A DNA stretch of 64,000 nucleotides, taken from positions 480,001 to 544,000 of the forward strand of contig JAULAX010000017.1 of the NCBI GenBank assembly GCA_032654565.1, written 5' to 3'. Below the pieces are notes generated by a model. That model was not told the DNA's origin. It saw nothing but the letters and a program-made list of their open reading frames with translations, and did no database searches. This DNA comes from Anaeromyxobacteraceae bacterium (GTDB lineage: Bacteria; Myxococcota; Myxococcia; Myxococcales; Anaeromyxobacteraceae). This document shows positions 12,433 to 24,043 of this stretch, one piece after another. Position 1 is the first letter of the stretch; each line of letters opens with the position of its first letter. A program made the position numbers and the translations under genes.

Positions 12433-13085
12433 CGCCGGCCTCGCCGACCCGGCGCCGGGGTGGAGGTGCCGCGGGCCACCGCGGCCAGGAAGCGCCGGGC
12501 CAGCGCCCCGTCCTCGGCCATCACCCCGGTGAAGAACTGGGCGTGGGCCCGGGCCCGGGGGCGCCGCTCGCCGCGCACCGACAGGCACATCTGCTCGGCC
12601 TCCAGCACGCAGGCGGCGCCGAGGGCGCCGGTGTGGAGCACCAGGGCCTCGGCCACCTGGCGGGCCAGGTCCTCCTGCAGCACCAGCCGGTGCGCCAGGG
12701 CGTCGACCAGCCGGGCCAGCTGGCCGAAGCCGACCACCCGCCCGCCGGGCACGTAGGCCACGTGGGCCAGGCCGCGGGAGGGGAGCAGGTGGTGGGGGCA
12801 GACCGAGCTGAAGTCGATGCCGGTCACCGCCACCAGCCCGTGCCCGGTGGAGGGCATGGCCTCGGCGAGGATCGCGGCGGGATCCTGCCGGTAGCCGTCG
12901 AGCAGCTCGTCGGCCCAGGCCTCGGCCACGCGCTCCGGGGTCTTCTCCAGGTCGGCGCCGCGCCGCACCTCGGCGGGGAGGTCGAGGGCGTCGAGGAAGC
13001 CGGCCACCGAGCGCGCCAGGGCGGCGGCCCGGGGCTTCGGCGCCGCGGCCCGCCTCGGCGGCGGGGCGCGCCTACGCGCCGCCAC
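12429..13085 (-). CDS. folE: GTP cyclohydrolase I (FolE family, divergent)
   Basis: TPERVA, SVCPHHLLP, HVAYVP, LQEDL, QMCLSVRG. Confidence 0.85.
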   Translation of the reverse strand: MAARRRAPPPRRAAAPKPRAAALARSVAGFLDALDLPAEVRRGADLEKTPERVAEAWADELLDGYRQDPAAILAEAMPSTGHGLVAVTGIDFSSVCPHHLLPSRGLAHVAYVPGGRVVGFGQLARLVDALAHRLVLQEDLARQVAEALVLHTGALGAACVLEAEQMCLSVRGERRPRARAHAQFFTGVMAEDGALARRFLAAVARGTSTPAPGRRGRR

Positions 13086-13464
13086 CCGGTCCCCGGTAGG
13101 TGACGCAGGAGTCGGGGATCTCGAAGAGCCGCACCTCGACCAGCCCGGCCAGGTGGGGCGCCAGGGTCTCCCAGATCCAGCGGGCGATGTTCTCGGCGGT
13201 GGGGTTCTCGAGGAAGTCGTTGAGCGTCTGGTGGTCGGCCCGGGCCAGCACCCGCTCGCCCACCACCTGCTTGATGACGCCGAAGTCGGCGATCATCCCG
13301 GTGGCCGGATCCACCTCGCCCTCGAGGGTGATGAAGAACTTGTAGTTGTGGCCGTGCATGCGGAAGCAGGGCCCCTCGTACCGGGGCAGCCGGTGCGCCG
13401 CCGCGAAGTAGAACTCCACGTCGAGGCGCATGCGCCGACGGTCGGTGTAGTCGATGGTGGCCAT
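13072..13464 (-). CDS. queD: 6-carboxytetrahydropterin synthase (QueD/PTPS-I type)
   Basis: FAAAHRL, C-x3-HGH (CFRMHGHNY), DHQTLN, PTAENIA. Confidence 0.9.
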   Translation of the reverse strand: MATIDYTDRRRMRLDVEFYFAAAHRLPRYEGPCFRMHGHNYKFFITLEGEVDPATGMIADFGVIKQVVGERVLARADHQTLNDFLENPTAENIARWIWETLAPHLAGLVEVRLFEIPDSCVTYRGPGGGA

Positions 13465-13519
13465 GCGCGGAATATAGCCGGGCGGCGATCCTCCCGCCCG
13501 GCCAGTCCGGGGCACCCGG

Positions 13520-13861
13520 CTACGAGACCGAGGGGGGCGCCTCGCCGGCGGCCCGCTTGGCCTCCTCGGCGGCCTCGGCCGAGGCGTTGAGCGCGTTCTT
13601 GAGCACCTGGCTGGGGCGGAAGGTCAGCACCCGGCGGGCCGAGATCTCGATCTCCTCGCCGGTCTGCGGATTGCGGCCGACCCGTGACTTCTTGTCGCGG
13701 ACGATGAAGTTCCCGAAGCCGCTGATCTTGATCTTCTCACCGTGCTCGAGCGTCTCCTTGATGGTGTCGAAGACCATCTCGACGATCTCGGCGGCTTCCT
13801 TCTTGGAGAAGCCCACCTTCTCGTAGACGCTCTCGATGATGTCGGCCTTGGTCACGGTCAT
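13520..13861 (-). CDS. ihfA: Integration host factor alpha
   Basis: TKADI, KISGFGNF, GRNPQTGEEI; canonical position after pheT. Confidence 0.95.
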   Translation of the reverse strand: MTVTKADIIESVYEKVGFSKKEAAEIVEMVFDTIKETLEHGEKIKISGFGNFIVRDKKSRVGRNPQTGEEIEISARRVLTFRPSQVLKNALNASAEAAEEAKRAAGEAPPSVS

Positions 13862-13891
13862 CCCTCGTTCAGGTCGAGCTAACTACTGAAT

Positions 13892-13920
13892 TCGGTAGCC
13901 GATTTTCCCGGGGCTGTCAA
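13892..13920 (-). promoter_or_regulatory. sigma70-type promoter of ihfA
   Basis: TTGACA-N17-TACCGA (imperfect -10). Confidence 0.5.
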
Positions 13921-13996
13921 TTCCGCGGACGCGGACCCTGCGCCGGGGCCGGCGGCCTGGCGGCCCGCCGACGTGGCTCGCGGCGCCCTGCGACGC

Positions 13997-16396
13997 TCAG
14001 CCCCGCAGCGCCGCGCCCACCGCGATGGCCAGCCGCGCCACGATGCGGGCGTGGGCGGCGTCGGCCTCGGCGTCGGTCAGGGTCCGGTCCGGCGCCCGGT
14101 AGCGGATGGCCAGCGCCAGGCTCTTGGTGCCCGCCGGCAGCGGCGCCCCGCGGTAGACGTCGAAGAGCGTGACCTCCTCCACCAGCGGCTCCTCGCGGAT
14201 CGAGGCGGTCACCGCCGCGGCGGCCACCGGCTCGGCCACCACCACGGCGAGATCGCGCAGCACCGCCGGCAGCCGGGGGATGGGCCGGTAGCCGGGGACC
14301 AGGCGGGCCGCCAGCAGCAGCGCCGCCGCGTCCAGCTCGAAGGCCAGCACGCCGCGCGGCAGGTCGAAGGCCCGCGACACCCGCGGGTGGAGCTCGCCCA
14401 GCGCGCCCAGCCGGGCCCCGTCGCGGGTGGCCACCAGCGCCGCCGCCCGGGGGTGGAGCCAGGCCACCGCCCGCCCCGCCGGCGCGAAAACGGCGTCGAC
14501 GCCGAGCGCCTCCAGCACCCCCTCGACGGCCCCCTTGAGATCGTGGAAGTCGACGGGCGCCGCGGCCGTGGCCCAGGAGAGCGGGCTGCGCGGACCGGTC
14601 AGCACCGCCGCCACCACCGGCCGCTCGATGGCCGGCGGATCGCGGTCGACGCCGGCGCGCGGCCAGAAGGCGGTGGCCAGCTCGTAGAGCCGGGCGGCGT
14701 CGCGCCCCTGCCGGCGGTTGTGCGCCGCCACCCGGAGCAGCGACGGCACCACGCTGGTCCGCATCACCGCCAGCTCGGCGCTGATGGGGTTCTTCAGGGC
14801 CACCGGCTTGACCCCGGGCTCGAAGGCCTCCAGGTCCTGCGGCGGCACGAAGGCGTAGCTGACCACCTCGCGGAAGCCCTGCGCCTCCAGCGCCGCCCGG
14901 GTGCGGGCCTGGGCCTCGAGGCGCGGCGCCACCGCCGGCGAGGCCAGCGCCAGCCGCGGCAGGGTCTCGGGGATCACCTGGAACCCCATGGTCCGGGTCA
15001 GCTCCTCGACCAGGTCCTCCTCGATGGAGACGTCGACGCGCCAGCTCGGCACCTCCCAGCTGGCCCCCTCGCCGTCCGAGTCACGCTCGGTGAAGCCGAG
15101 GCCGGCGAGGATGCGGCGGATGTCGTTGGCCGCCACCTCCAGCCCCAGCAGCAGGCCGGGGCGCTTCCAGCGCAGCCGCACCGTGCTGCGGGGCGCGGGC
15201 CGGGGCTGGGCGTCGACGATCCCGGGGCGCACCGCGCCGCCGGCCAGCTCGGCGATGAGCGCCGCGCAGCGATCGAGGGCGGTGGTGACCATGCCGGGGT
15301 CGGCGCCCCGCTCGAAGCGGTGCGAGGCCTCGGTGTGCAGCCCGTGGCGCTTGGCGGTGCGGCGCACGGTGGCCGGCTGGAACCAGGCCGACTCGACCAG
15401 CACCCGGGTGGTGCCGGCGTGGATCTCCGAGTCGCCGCCGCCCATGACCCCGGCCAGGGCGCTGCCGCGGTCCCGGTCGGCGATCAGCAGGTCGTCGGGG
15501 TCGAGCTCCCGCGGCTGGCCGTCGAGGGTGGTCATCCGCTCGCCGGGGCGGGCGGTGCGGACCACGATCTCGGCGCCCGCCACCTTGTCGAGGTCGAAGG
15601 CGTGGAGCGGGTGGCCGAGCTCCAGCAGCACCAGGTTGGTGACGTCGACGACGTTGGAGATGGCGCGGATGCCGCAGCGCTCCAGCCGCCGCTGCAGCCA
15701 GAGCGGCGAGGGGGCGATGGTCACCCCCTCGACGACGCGGGCCGCGTAGCGGGCGCACTTCTCCGGCGCCTCGATGCGCACCTGGACCAGCCCGGCGGCC
15801 GCCGGCCCCTCCTCGCGCGGCGCCGCGGCCGGGCGCTTCAGGGGCAGGCCCAGCGCCGCCGCCACCTCGCGGGCGATGCCGAGGTGGGAGAGGGCGTCGG
15901 GCCGGTTGGGGGTGACGTTGACCTCCAGCAACACGTCCTCGAGCTTGAGCGCCGCGGCGATGGGCGTGCCCGGCGCCAGGTCGGCGGGGAGGATGAGCAG
16001 GCCGCTGGCGTCCTCGGAGAGCCCGAGCTCGCGCGCCGAGCAGAGCATCCCGGAGGACTCGACGCCGCGCAGCTTCGCCTTCTTGATGGAGACGCCGCCC
16101 GGCAGCGTGGCCCCCACGGTGGCCAGCGGTACCAGGTCGCCGACCGCGTAGTTCTTGGCCCCGCAGACCACCTGCAGCGGCTGGCCGTCGCCGCGGTCGA
16201 TGGAGGTGACCGAGAGCTTCTCGGCGTCGGGGTGCTTCACCGAGGAGAGGACCCGGGCCACCACCACGCCCTCCAGCCCCTGGCCGACCCGCTCGATGGC
16301 CTCGACCTCGAGCCCCACGGCGGTGAGGCGGCGGGCCAGCTCCTCGGGAGCGGGCAGGTCGACGTACTCGGAGAGCCACTGGAGTGAGATCCGCAT
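13997..16396 (-). CDS. pheT: Phenylalanine-tRNA ligase beta subunit
   Basis: HPDAEKL, VCGAKN, RGVESSGMLCS, TPNRPD, RFERG, C-terminal FDX-ACB domain. Confidence 0.98.
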   Translation of the reverse strand: MRISLQWLSEYVDLPAPEELARRLTAVGLEVEAIERVGQGLEGVVVARVLSSVKHPDAEKLSVTSIDRGDGQPLQVVCGAKNYAVGDLVPLATVGATLPGGVSIKKAKLRGVESSGMLCSARELGLSEDASGLLILPADLAPGTPIAAALKLEDVLLEVNVTPNRPDALSHLGIAREVAAALGLPLKRPAAAPREEGPAAAGLVQVRIEAPEKCARYAARVVEGVTIAPSPLWLQRRLERCGIRAISNVVDVTNLVLLELGHPLHAFDLDKVAGAEIVVRTARPGERMTTLDGQPRELDPDDLLIADRDRGSALAGVMGGGDSEIHAGTTRVLVESAWFQPATVRRTAKRHGLHTEASHRFERGADPGMVTTALDRCAALIAELAGGAVRPGIVDAQPRPAPRSTVRLRWKRPGLLLGLEVAANDIRRILAGLGFTERDSDGEGASWEVPSWRVDVSIEEDLVEELTRTMGFQVIPETLPRLALASPAVAPRLEAQARTRAALEAQGFREVVSYAFVPPQDLEAFEPGVKPVALKNPISAELAVMRTSVVPSLLRVAAHNRRQGRDAARLYELATAFWPRAGVDRDPPAIERPVVAAVLTGPRSPLSWATAAAPVDFHDLKGAVEGVLEALGVDAVFAPAGRAVAWLHPRAAALVATRDGARLGALGELHPRVSRAFDLPRGVLAFELDAAALLLAARLVPGYRPIPRLPAVLRDLAVVVAEPVAAAAVTASIREEPLVEEVTLFDVYRGAPLPAGTKSLALAIRYRAPDRTLTDAEADAAHARIVARLAIAVGAALRG

Positions 16397-16420
16397 GGGG
16401 CGCCGCGCCCTCCGGGGGGG

Positions 16421-17855
<1,435 letters not shown>

Positions 17856-17938
17856 GACCTACTCCTCTTCGCCGGCGGGAGGCGACCGGGTGGTCGCGCT
17901 TGTGGGCCCCGCCTGGCCGTTGTGTGACTCCAGGACGC

Positions 17939-18142
17939 CTAGCGGGCGTACGGGAAGCATTCCTTGATCTTCTTGGCATCCGAGGCGTCCAGGTGGCTGG
18001 TGCCGCGGAGGCCGCGCTTCTGCTTCGGGGTCTTCCCGAAGGTGGCCAGGTGGCGACTCCCGGCGCGGCGGAACTTCACCGCGCCAGCCTTCTTCACCTT
18101 GAAGCGCTTCTTGGCGCCGCTGTTGGTCTTGAGCTTGGGCAT
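17939..18142 (-). CDS. rpmI: 50S ribosomal protein L35
   Basis: MPKLKTNSGAKKRFK; lies between infC and rplT. Confidence 0.97.
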   Translation of the reverse strand: MPKLKTNSGAKKRFKVKKAGAVKFRRAGSRHLATFGKTPKQKRGLRGTSHLDASDAKKIKECFPYAR

Positions 18143-18199
18143 CTTCGGTTCTCTCTTCTCTTCCTGGTGTGCGCGCCGCTTCACGTCGCGGCGGTGTGA

Positions 18200-18895
18200 C
18201 TACGGTTCGGCCGCCGGTCCGGTGACCGCGGGCGCCGGGGCGACCTCGACCAGCGGGGCCTCGACGGGCGCGGGGGTGCCGGGGGCCGGGGTGCCGGCGG
18301 ACTCGGCGGCGAGCTTGGCGTTGCGGGCCGCCGACTCGGCGCGGGAGCGCTGGGCCTGCAGCATCTTCGGGTTGGGGGCGAGGATCATGAACATCTGGCG
18401 GCCTTCCATCCGGGGGGCCGCCTCGATCACCGCCACGTCCTTGAGGTCCTCGATGATCTCCTGCAGCACCTTCTGCCCCAGCTCGCGGTGCGACATCTCG
18501 CGGCCGCGGAACATCACGGTGATGCGGGCCTTGTTCGACTCCTCGAGGAACTCGCGGACCTTCTTGATCTTGACGTTGTAGTCGTGCTCCTCGGTGCGGG
18601 GCCGGAACTTGATCTCCTTGAGCAGCACCACCACCTGGTTCTTCTTGGCCTCGTTCTGCTTCTTCTTCTCGAGGTACTTGAACTTCCCGTAGTCCATGAT
18701 CTTGCAGACCGGGGGCTTGGCGAGCGGGCTGACCTCGACGAGGTCCATCCCATCCTCCTGCGCCTTCGCCAGGGCCTGGTCGATGGTCAGGACGCCGAGC
18801 TGCTCGCCCGACGCACCGATGACCCGCACCTCACGCGCCTTGATGCGGCGGTTGGTCCGGGCGTCACGGTTGGTTCTCTGATCCCGCTGATTCAG
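18200..18895 (-). CDS. infC: Translation initiation factor IF-3 (probable CTG start; C-terminal extension)
   Basis: NRRIKAREVRVI, PPVCKIMDYGKFKY, KEIKFRP, FRGRE. SD GAGGAG lies 6 nt before an in-frame CTG at 18895. Confidence 0.95.
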   Translation of the reverse strand: MNQRDQRTNRDARTNRRIKAREVRVIGASGEQLGVLTIDQALAKAQEDGMDLVEVSPLAKPPVCKIMDYGKFKYLEKKKQNEAKKNQVVVLLKEIKFRPRTEEHDYNVKIKKVREFLEESNKARITVMFRGREMSHRELGQKVLQEIIEDLKDVAVIEAAPRMEGRQMFMILAPNPKMLQAQRSRAESAARNAKLAAESAGTPAPGTPAPVEAPLVEVAPAPAVTGPAAEP

Positions 18896-18965
18896 ACGCT
18901 GCTCCTCGGGGAAGTCCCCTGCCGGCCGGTGCGAAGGCGCCCCGGGCCGGCCCAAAAGAAGGCGT

Positions 18966-18993
18966 AGGATATGGATCTCGCGGGCAAAGTCAA
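18966..18993 (-). promoter_or_regulatory. sigma70-type promoter of infC-rpmI-rplT
   Basis: TTGACT-N16-TATCCT, just downstream of a GC hairpin (about 18996-19028) that follows ilvC. Confidence 0.6.
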
Positions 18994-19052
18994 ACGGGGG
19001 CCCCGGCGCCGGGCTGGCGCGGGCCCCCTCCCCTGCCCTGGCAAGACCCGGG

Positions 19053-20105
<1,053 letters not shown>

Positions 20106-20648
20106 CTACTTCAGCGTGGGGGGGGCCAGCGTCTTGAAGCCGCGCTCCAGCGCGATGCGGCCGGAGCGGCAGATCTCCTGGATGCCGAAGGCGCGCAGCC
20201 GGTCCTCGAGCGCCTCCAGCTTGCCGCTGTTGCCGGAGGCCTCGACCACCAGGGCGTCCGGGGAGACGTCGACGATGGTGGCCTCGTAGGTCTCGGCCAG
20301 GGCCCGCAGCTCGGCGTGGTTGCGCTCCGGGGTGCGGATCTTCACCAGCATCAGCTCCCGCTCGATGAGGTCCTGGGGGGCCAGCTCGCGGACCTCGACC
20401 ACCGGCACCAGCTTCTGCACCTGGCGGACCACCTGCTCCACGGTCTTGGTGGAGAGCCGGACCACGATGGTCATGCGCGAGTAGTCGGGGCGCTCGGTGG
20501 GCCCCACCGTGAGGCTGGCGATGTTGTAGCCGCGCCGGGAGAAGAGGCCGGCGATGCGGTGGAGCACGCCCGGCTTGTTCTCGACCAGGAGGCTGATGGT
20601 GTGGGTGGAGCCGTTGGGCACTTCTTCGTTCCGTTCCATCGTTGTCAC
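20106..20648 (-). CDS. ilvN: Acetolactate synthase small subunit (start uncertain)
   Basis: ACT domain VENKPGVLHRIAGLFSRRGYNI; ERELMLVK. Confidence 0.96.
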   Translation of the reverse strand: MTTMERNEEVPNGSTHTISLLVENKPGVLHRIAGLFSRRGYNIASLTVGPTERPDYSRMTIVVRLSTKTVEQVVRQVQKLVPVVEVRELAPQDLIERELMLVKIRTPERNHAELRALAETYEATIVDVSPDALVVEASGNSGKLEALEDRLRAFGIQEICRSGRIALERGFKTLAPPTLK

Positions 20649-22351
20649 TCCCCGTCGATCATGTCGTTGAGAGGCGCACCCGCCGGGACCATGGGGAAGA
20701 CCTTCTCCTGGCGGCGGATGCGCACGTCGATGATGGTGGGCCCGCCGGTGTTGGCGAGGGCCTGGTCGATGACCTGGTCCAGCTCATCCACGGTCCGGGC
20801 CCGCAGGCCGAGGCACCCGTAGGCGTCGGCCAGCTTGACGAAGTCGGGGCAGTCGGAGAGCGGGGTCTGGGCGAAGCGGTTCTCGTAGAAGAGCTCCTGC
20901 CACTGCCGGACCATGCCGAGGAAGAGGTTGTTGAGGATGAAGATCTTGATGGGCAGGTTGAGGTCGCGCGCCGTGGCCAGGTCCTGCAGCGTCATCTGGA
21001 AGGAGCCGTCGCCGTCGATGCCGATGACGGTCTCGCCGGGGCGGCCCAGCTGGATGCCGATGGCCGAGGGCAGGCAGAAGCCCATGGTCCCGAGGCCGCC
21101 CGAGGTGATGAACTGGCGCGGGCCGGAGGTCTTCCACCACTGGGCGGCGAACATCTGGTGCTCGCCGACGCCGGTGGTGACCACCGCCTTGCCGCCGCAC
21201 TTCTTCCAGATGGCCTCGATGACGTACTGCGGGAGGAGGTACTTCTGGCCGTCCTGCTGGTACTTGAGCGGGTGCTTCTCCCGCCAGGCCGCCACCTTCT
21301 GCACCCACGGGGCCAGGTCGGGGCGCCCCTGGGCGGCGAAGACCCGCCGCACCTCCTCGGTGAGCTGCGGCAGCAGCCGCTTCAGGTCGCCCACCAGCGG
21401 CACCGTGGCGGTGACCAGCTTGGAGATCTCGGCCGGGTCGACGTCGAGGTGGACCACCTTGGCCTCGGGGGCGAAGGTGGAGAGCTTGCCGGTGACCCGG
21501 TCGTCGAAGCGGGCCCCCAGCGCGATGAGCAGGTCGGAGTTCTGCACCGCGTAGTTGGCGAACTTGGCGCCGTGCATGCCGAACATGCCGAGGCACTGCG
21601 GGCTGGTCTCGGGGAAGGCCCCCTTGCCGTGCAGGGTGGTGACCACCGGCGCCCCCACCAGCTCGGCGAAGGCCGCCACCTCGGCGTGGGCGTCGGCGGT
21701 GCGCACCCCGCCGCCCAGGTAGATGATGGGGCGCGAGGCCCCCCGGATCAGCGTGGCGGCGTCCTTGAGCCGCGGCTCCTCGCGGACCGGCGGGTGGTAG
21801 CCGGGGATGGAGACCGAGTCGGGGTACTCGAACTCGAACTCGGTGTTCTGGATGTCCTTGGGGATGTCCACCAGCACCGGCCCGGGGCGCCCGGTGCGGG
21901 CGATGTAGAAGGCCTCCTTGAGGATGCGCGGCAGGTCCTTGACGTCGGTCACCAGCCAGTTGTGCTTGGTGATGGGCATGGTGATGCCGGTGATGTCGGC
22001 CTCCTGGAAGGCGTCGGAGCCGATCAGGCTGGTGGCGACGTTGCCGGTGATGGCGACCAGCGGCACCGAGTCCATGTAGGCGTCGGCGATGGCGGTCACC
22101 AGGTTGGTGGCGCCGGGGCCGGAGGTGCCGAAGCAGACCCCGACCTTGCCGGTGGCCTGGGCGAACCCCTCGGCGGCGTGGCCGCCCACCTGCTCGTGGC
22201 GGACCAGCACCTGCGTGATCTTCTCGCAGCCGAACATGGCGTCGTAGATGGGCAGGATGGTCCCGCCCGGCATGCCGAAGACGTACTCGACGCCCTCCAG
22301 CTCGAGGGCGCGGCGGACCGCCATCGCGCCGGTGATCTTCTCCTTGGCCAT
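20645..22351 (-). CDS. ilvB: Acetolactate synthase large subunit
   Basis: RHEQ, TSGPGATN, RFDDRVTG, SGGLGTMGF, GDGSFQM. Confidence 0.98.
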   Translation of the reverse strand: MAKEKITGAMAVRRALELEGVEYVFGMPGGTILPIYDAMFGCEKITQVLVRHEQVGGHAAEGFAQATGKVGVCFGTSGPGATNLVTAIADAYMDSVPLVAITGNVATSLIGSDAFQEADITGITMPITKHNWLVTDVKDLPRILKEAFYIARTGRPGPVLVDIPKDIQNTEFEFEYPDSVSIPGYHPPVREEPRLKDAATLIRGASRPIIYLGGGVRTADAHAEVAAFAELVGAPVVTTLHGKGAFPETSPQCLGMFGMHGAKFANYAVQNSDLLIALGARFDDRVTGKLSTFAPEAKVVHLDVDPAEISKLVTATVPLVGDLKRLLPQLTEEVRRVFAAQGRPDLAPWVQKVAAWREKHPLKYQQDGQKYLLPQYVIEAIWKKCGGKAVVTTGVGEHQMFAAQWWKTSGPRQFITSGGLGTMGFCLPSAIGIQLGRPGETVIGIDGDGSFQMTLQDLATARDLNLPIKIFILNNLFLGMVRQWQELFYENRFAQTPLSDCPDFVKLADAYGCLGLRARTVDELDQVIDQALANTGGPTIIDVRIRRQEKVFPMVPAGAPLNDMIDGE

Positions 22352-22409
22352 TGCTCGCTCCGTGTCGCTTGGTGTCGCTGGGTTTCGCTAGGTGAGAGGG
22401 AAAGGGGGT

Positions 22410-23474
22410 TCAGGCCACCGGGCTGGCGTGCTGCAGCGCGCGTACCACCGCGGCCCCGGCCTCGGCGGTGCTGGCGCGCCCGCCGAGATCCGGGGTGAGC
22501 AGGCCGGCGGCGATGGCCTGGTCGACGGCCCGCTCCACCGCCGCCGCCTCGGCCTCCAGGCCGAGCGAGTGGCGCAGCAGCATGGCCACGCTCATGATGG
22601 TGCCGTAGGGGTTGGCGACGCCACGGCCGGCGATGTCCGGGGCCGAGCCGTGGATGGGCTCGTAGAGGCCGCAGCGGCCGGCGCCCAGCGAGGCCGAGGG
22701 CAGCAGGCCGATGGAGCCGGCCAGCACCGAGGCCTCGTCGGTGAGGATGTCGCCGAACATGTTCTCGGTGACCACCACGTCGAAGTCGGATGGGCGGCGC
22801 ACCAGCTGCATGGCGCAGCTGTCGACCAGCTGGTGCTCGAGCTGGCAGTCGGGGAACTCGGCCTTGACCACCCGCTCCGCCACCTCGCGCCAGAGCCGCG
22901 AGGTCTCCAGCACGTTGGCCTTGTCGACGCTGGTGATCTTCCTGCGCCGGGTGCGGGCCAGCCGCCCCGCCACCCGGACCACCCGCTCCACCTCCTCGAC
23001 GGTGTAGCTGCAGAGGTCGGAGGCGCTGGTGGCGGTCCGCGTCTTCTCGCCGAAGTAGATGCCGCCGGTCAGCTCGCGCACCACCAGCAGGTCGACCCCC
23101 ACCAGCAGCTCCGCCTTGAGCGGCGAGGCGGCCGCCAGCCGCGGGTTGACGGTGACCGGGCGCAGGTTGGCGAAGAGGCCGAGCTCGCGCCGCAGCGCCA
23201 GCAGCCCCTGCTCGGGCCGGACCGGCGCCGACGGACCCCAGCGCGGGCCGCCGATGGCGCCGAAGAGGATGGCGTCGGAGGCGCGGCAGAGCGCCAGGGT
23301 CTCGGCCGGGAGCGGCTGCCCGGTGGCGTCGATGGCGGCACCGCCCACCAGCGCCTCGGTCAACTCGAAGTGGTGGCCGGCCCGGGCGGCCACGGCGCGG
23401 AGCACCGCCGCCCCCTGGGCCGCCACCTCGGGGCCGATGCCGTCGCCGCCGAGGACCGCGATGCGAGCCTTCAT
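22410..23474 (-). CDS. leuB: 3-isopropylmalate dehydrogenase
   Basis: [43 protein letters not shown] overlaps the leuD stop. Confidence 0.97.
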   Translation of the reverse strand: MKARIAVLGGDGIGPEVAAQGAAVLRAVAARAGHHFELTEALVGGAAIDATGQPLPAETLALCRASDAILFGAIGGPRWGPSAPVRPEQGLLALRRELGLFANLRPVTVNPRLAAASPLKAELLVGVDLLVVRELTGGIYFGEKTRTATSASDLCSYTVEEVERVVRVAGRLARTRRRKITSVDKANVLETSRLWREVAERVVKAEFPDCQLEHQLVDSCAMQLVRRPSDFDVVVTENMFGDILTDEASVLAGSIGLLPSASLGAGRCGLYEPIHGSAPDIAGRGVANPYGTIMSVAMLLRHSLGLEAEAAAVERAVDQAIAAGLLTPDLGGRASTAEAGAAVVRALQHASPVA

Positions 23475-24043
23475 CGCGCCCCCTCGTAGCTGGTGATGGC
23501 CCCGGCCTGGCCGAGCAGGAAGCCGAGCTCGTCGACGCCGTTGAGCAGGCAGTAGCGGCTGAAGCCGTCGATGGGGAACTTCACCACCGCCCCGCCGGGG
23601 AGGGTCACGGTCTGGGCCTCGAGGTCGATGCGCACCAGCGCCCCCGGGGCGGCCAGCAGGGCGGCGTGGCTGGCCGCGTCGATGACGATGGGGAGCAGCC
23701 CGTTCTTGAGGGCGTTGCTCTTGAAGATGTCGGCGATGCGGGTGGAGAGGATGGCGCGGAAGCCGTAGTCGTGCAGCGCCCAGGGGGCGTGCTCGCGCGA
23801 GGAGCCGCAGCCGAAGTTCTCGCCGGCCACCAGCACGGCGCAGCCCTGCGCCTCCGGCCGGTTGAGGACGAAGTCGGGCAGCGGCGCGCCGTCCGGCCCG
23901 TAGCGCCAGTCGGCGAAGGCCGCCTTCCCCAGGCCGGCCTTGTCGGTGACCTTGAGGAAGCGGGCCGGGATGATCTGGTCGGTGTCGATGTTCTCCCGGG
24001 GGAGGAGCACCGTCCGGCTCTCGATGACGCGGATGGGGTTCAC
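23471..24043 (-). CDS. leuD: 3-isopropylmalate dehydratase small subunit
   Basis: [31 protein letters not shown] overlaps the leuC stop. Confidence 0.97.
   Translation of the reverse strand: MNPIRVIESRTVLLPRENIDTDQIIPARFLKVTDKAGLGKAAFADWRYGPDGAPLPDFVLNRPEAQGCAVLVAGENFGCGSSREHAPWALHDYGFRAILSTRIADIFKSNALKNGLLPIVIDAASHAALLAAPGALVRIDLEAQTVTLPGGAVVKFPIDGFSRYCLLNGVDELGFLLGQAGAITSYEGAR

Noticed and set aside
13973..16387. Long antisense ORFs (this one, and e.g. 8247-10643, 20642-22498, 36488-38497, 57203-59785)
   Set aside because: These are shadow ORFs opposite well-supported genes, expected from high GC3 and few stop codons. They contain no recognisable motifs.
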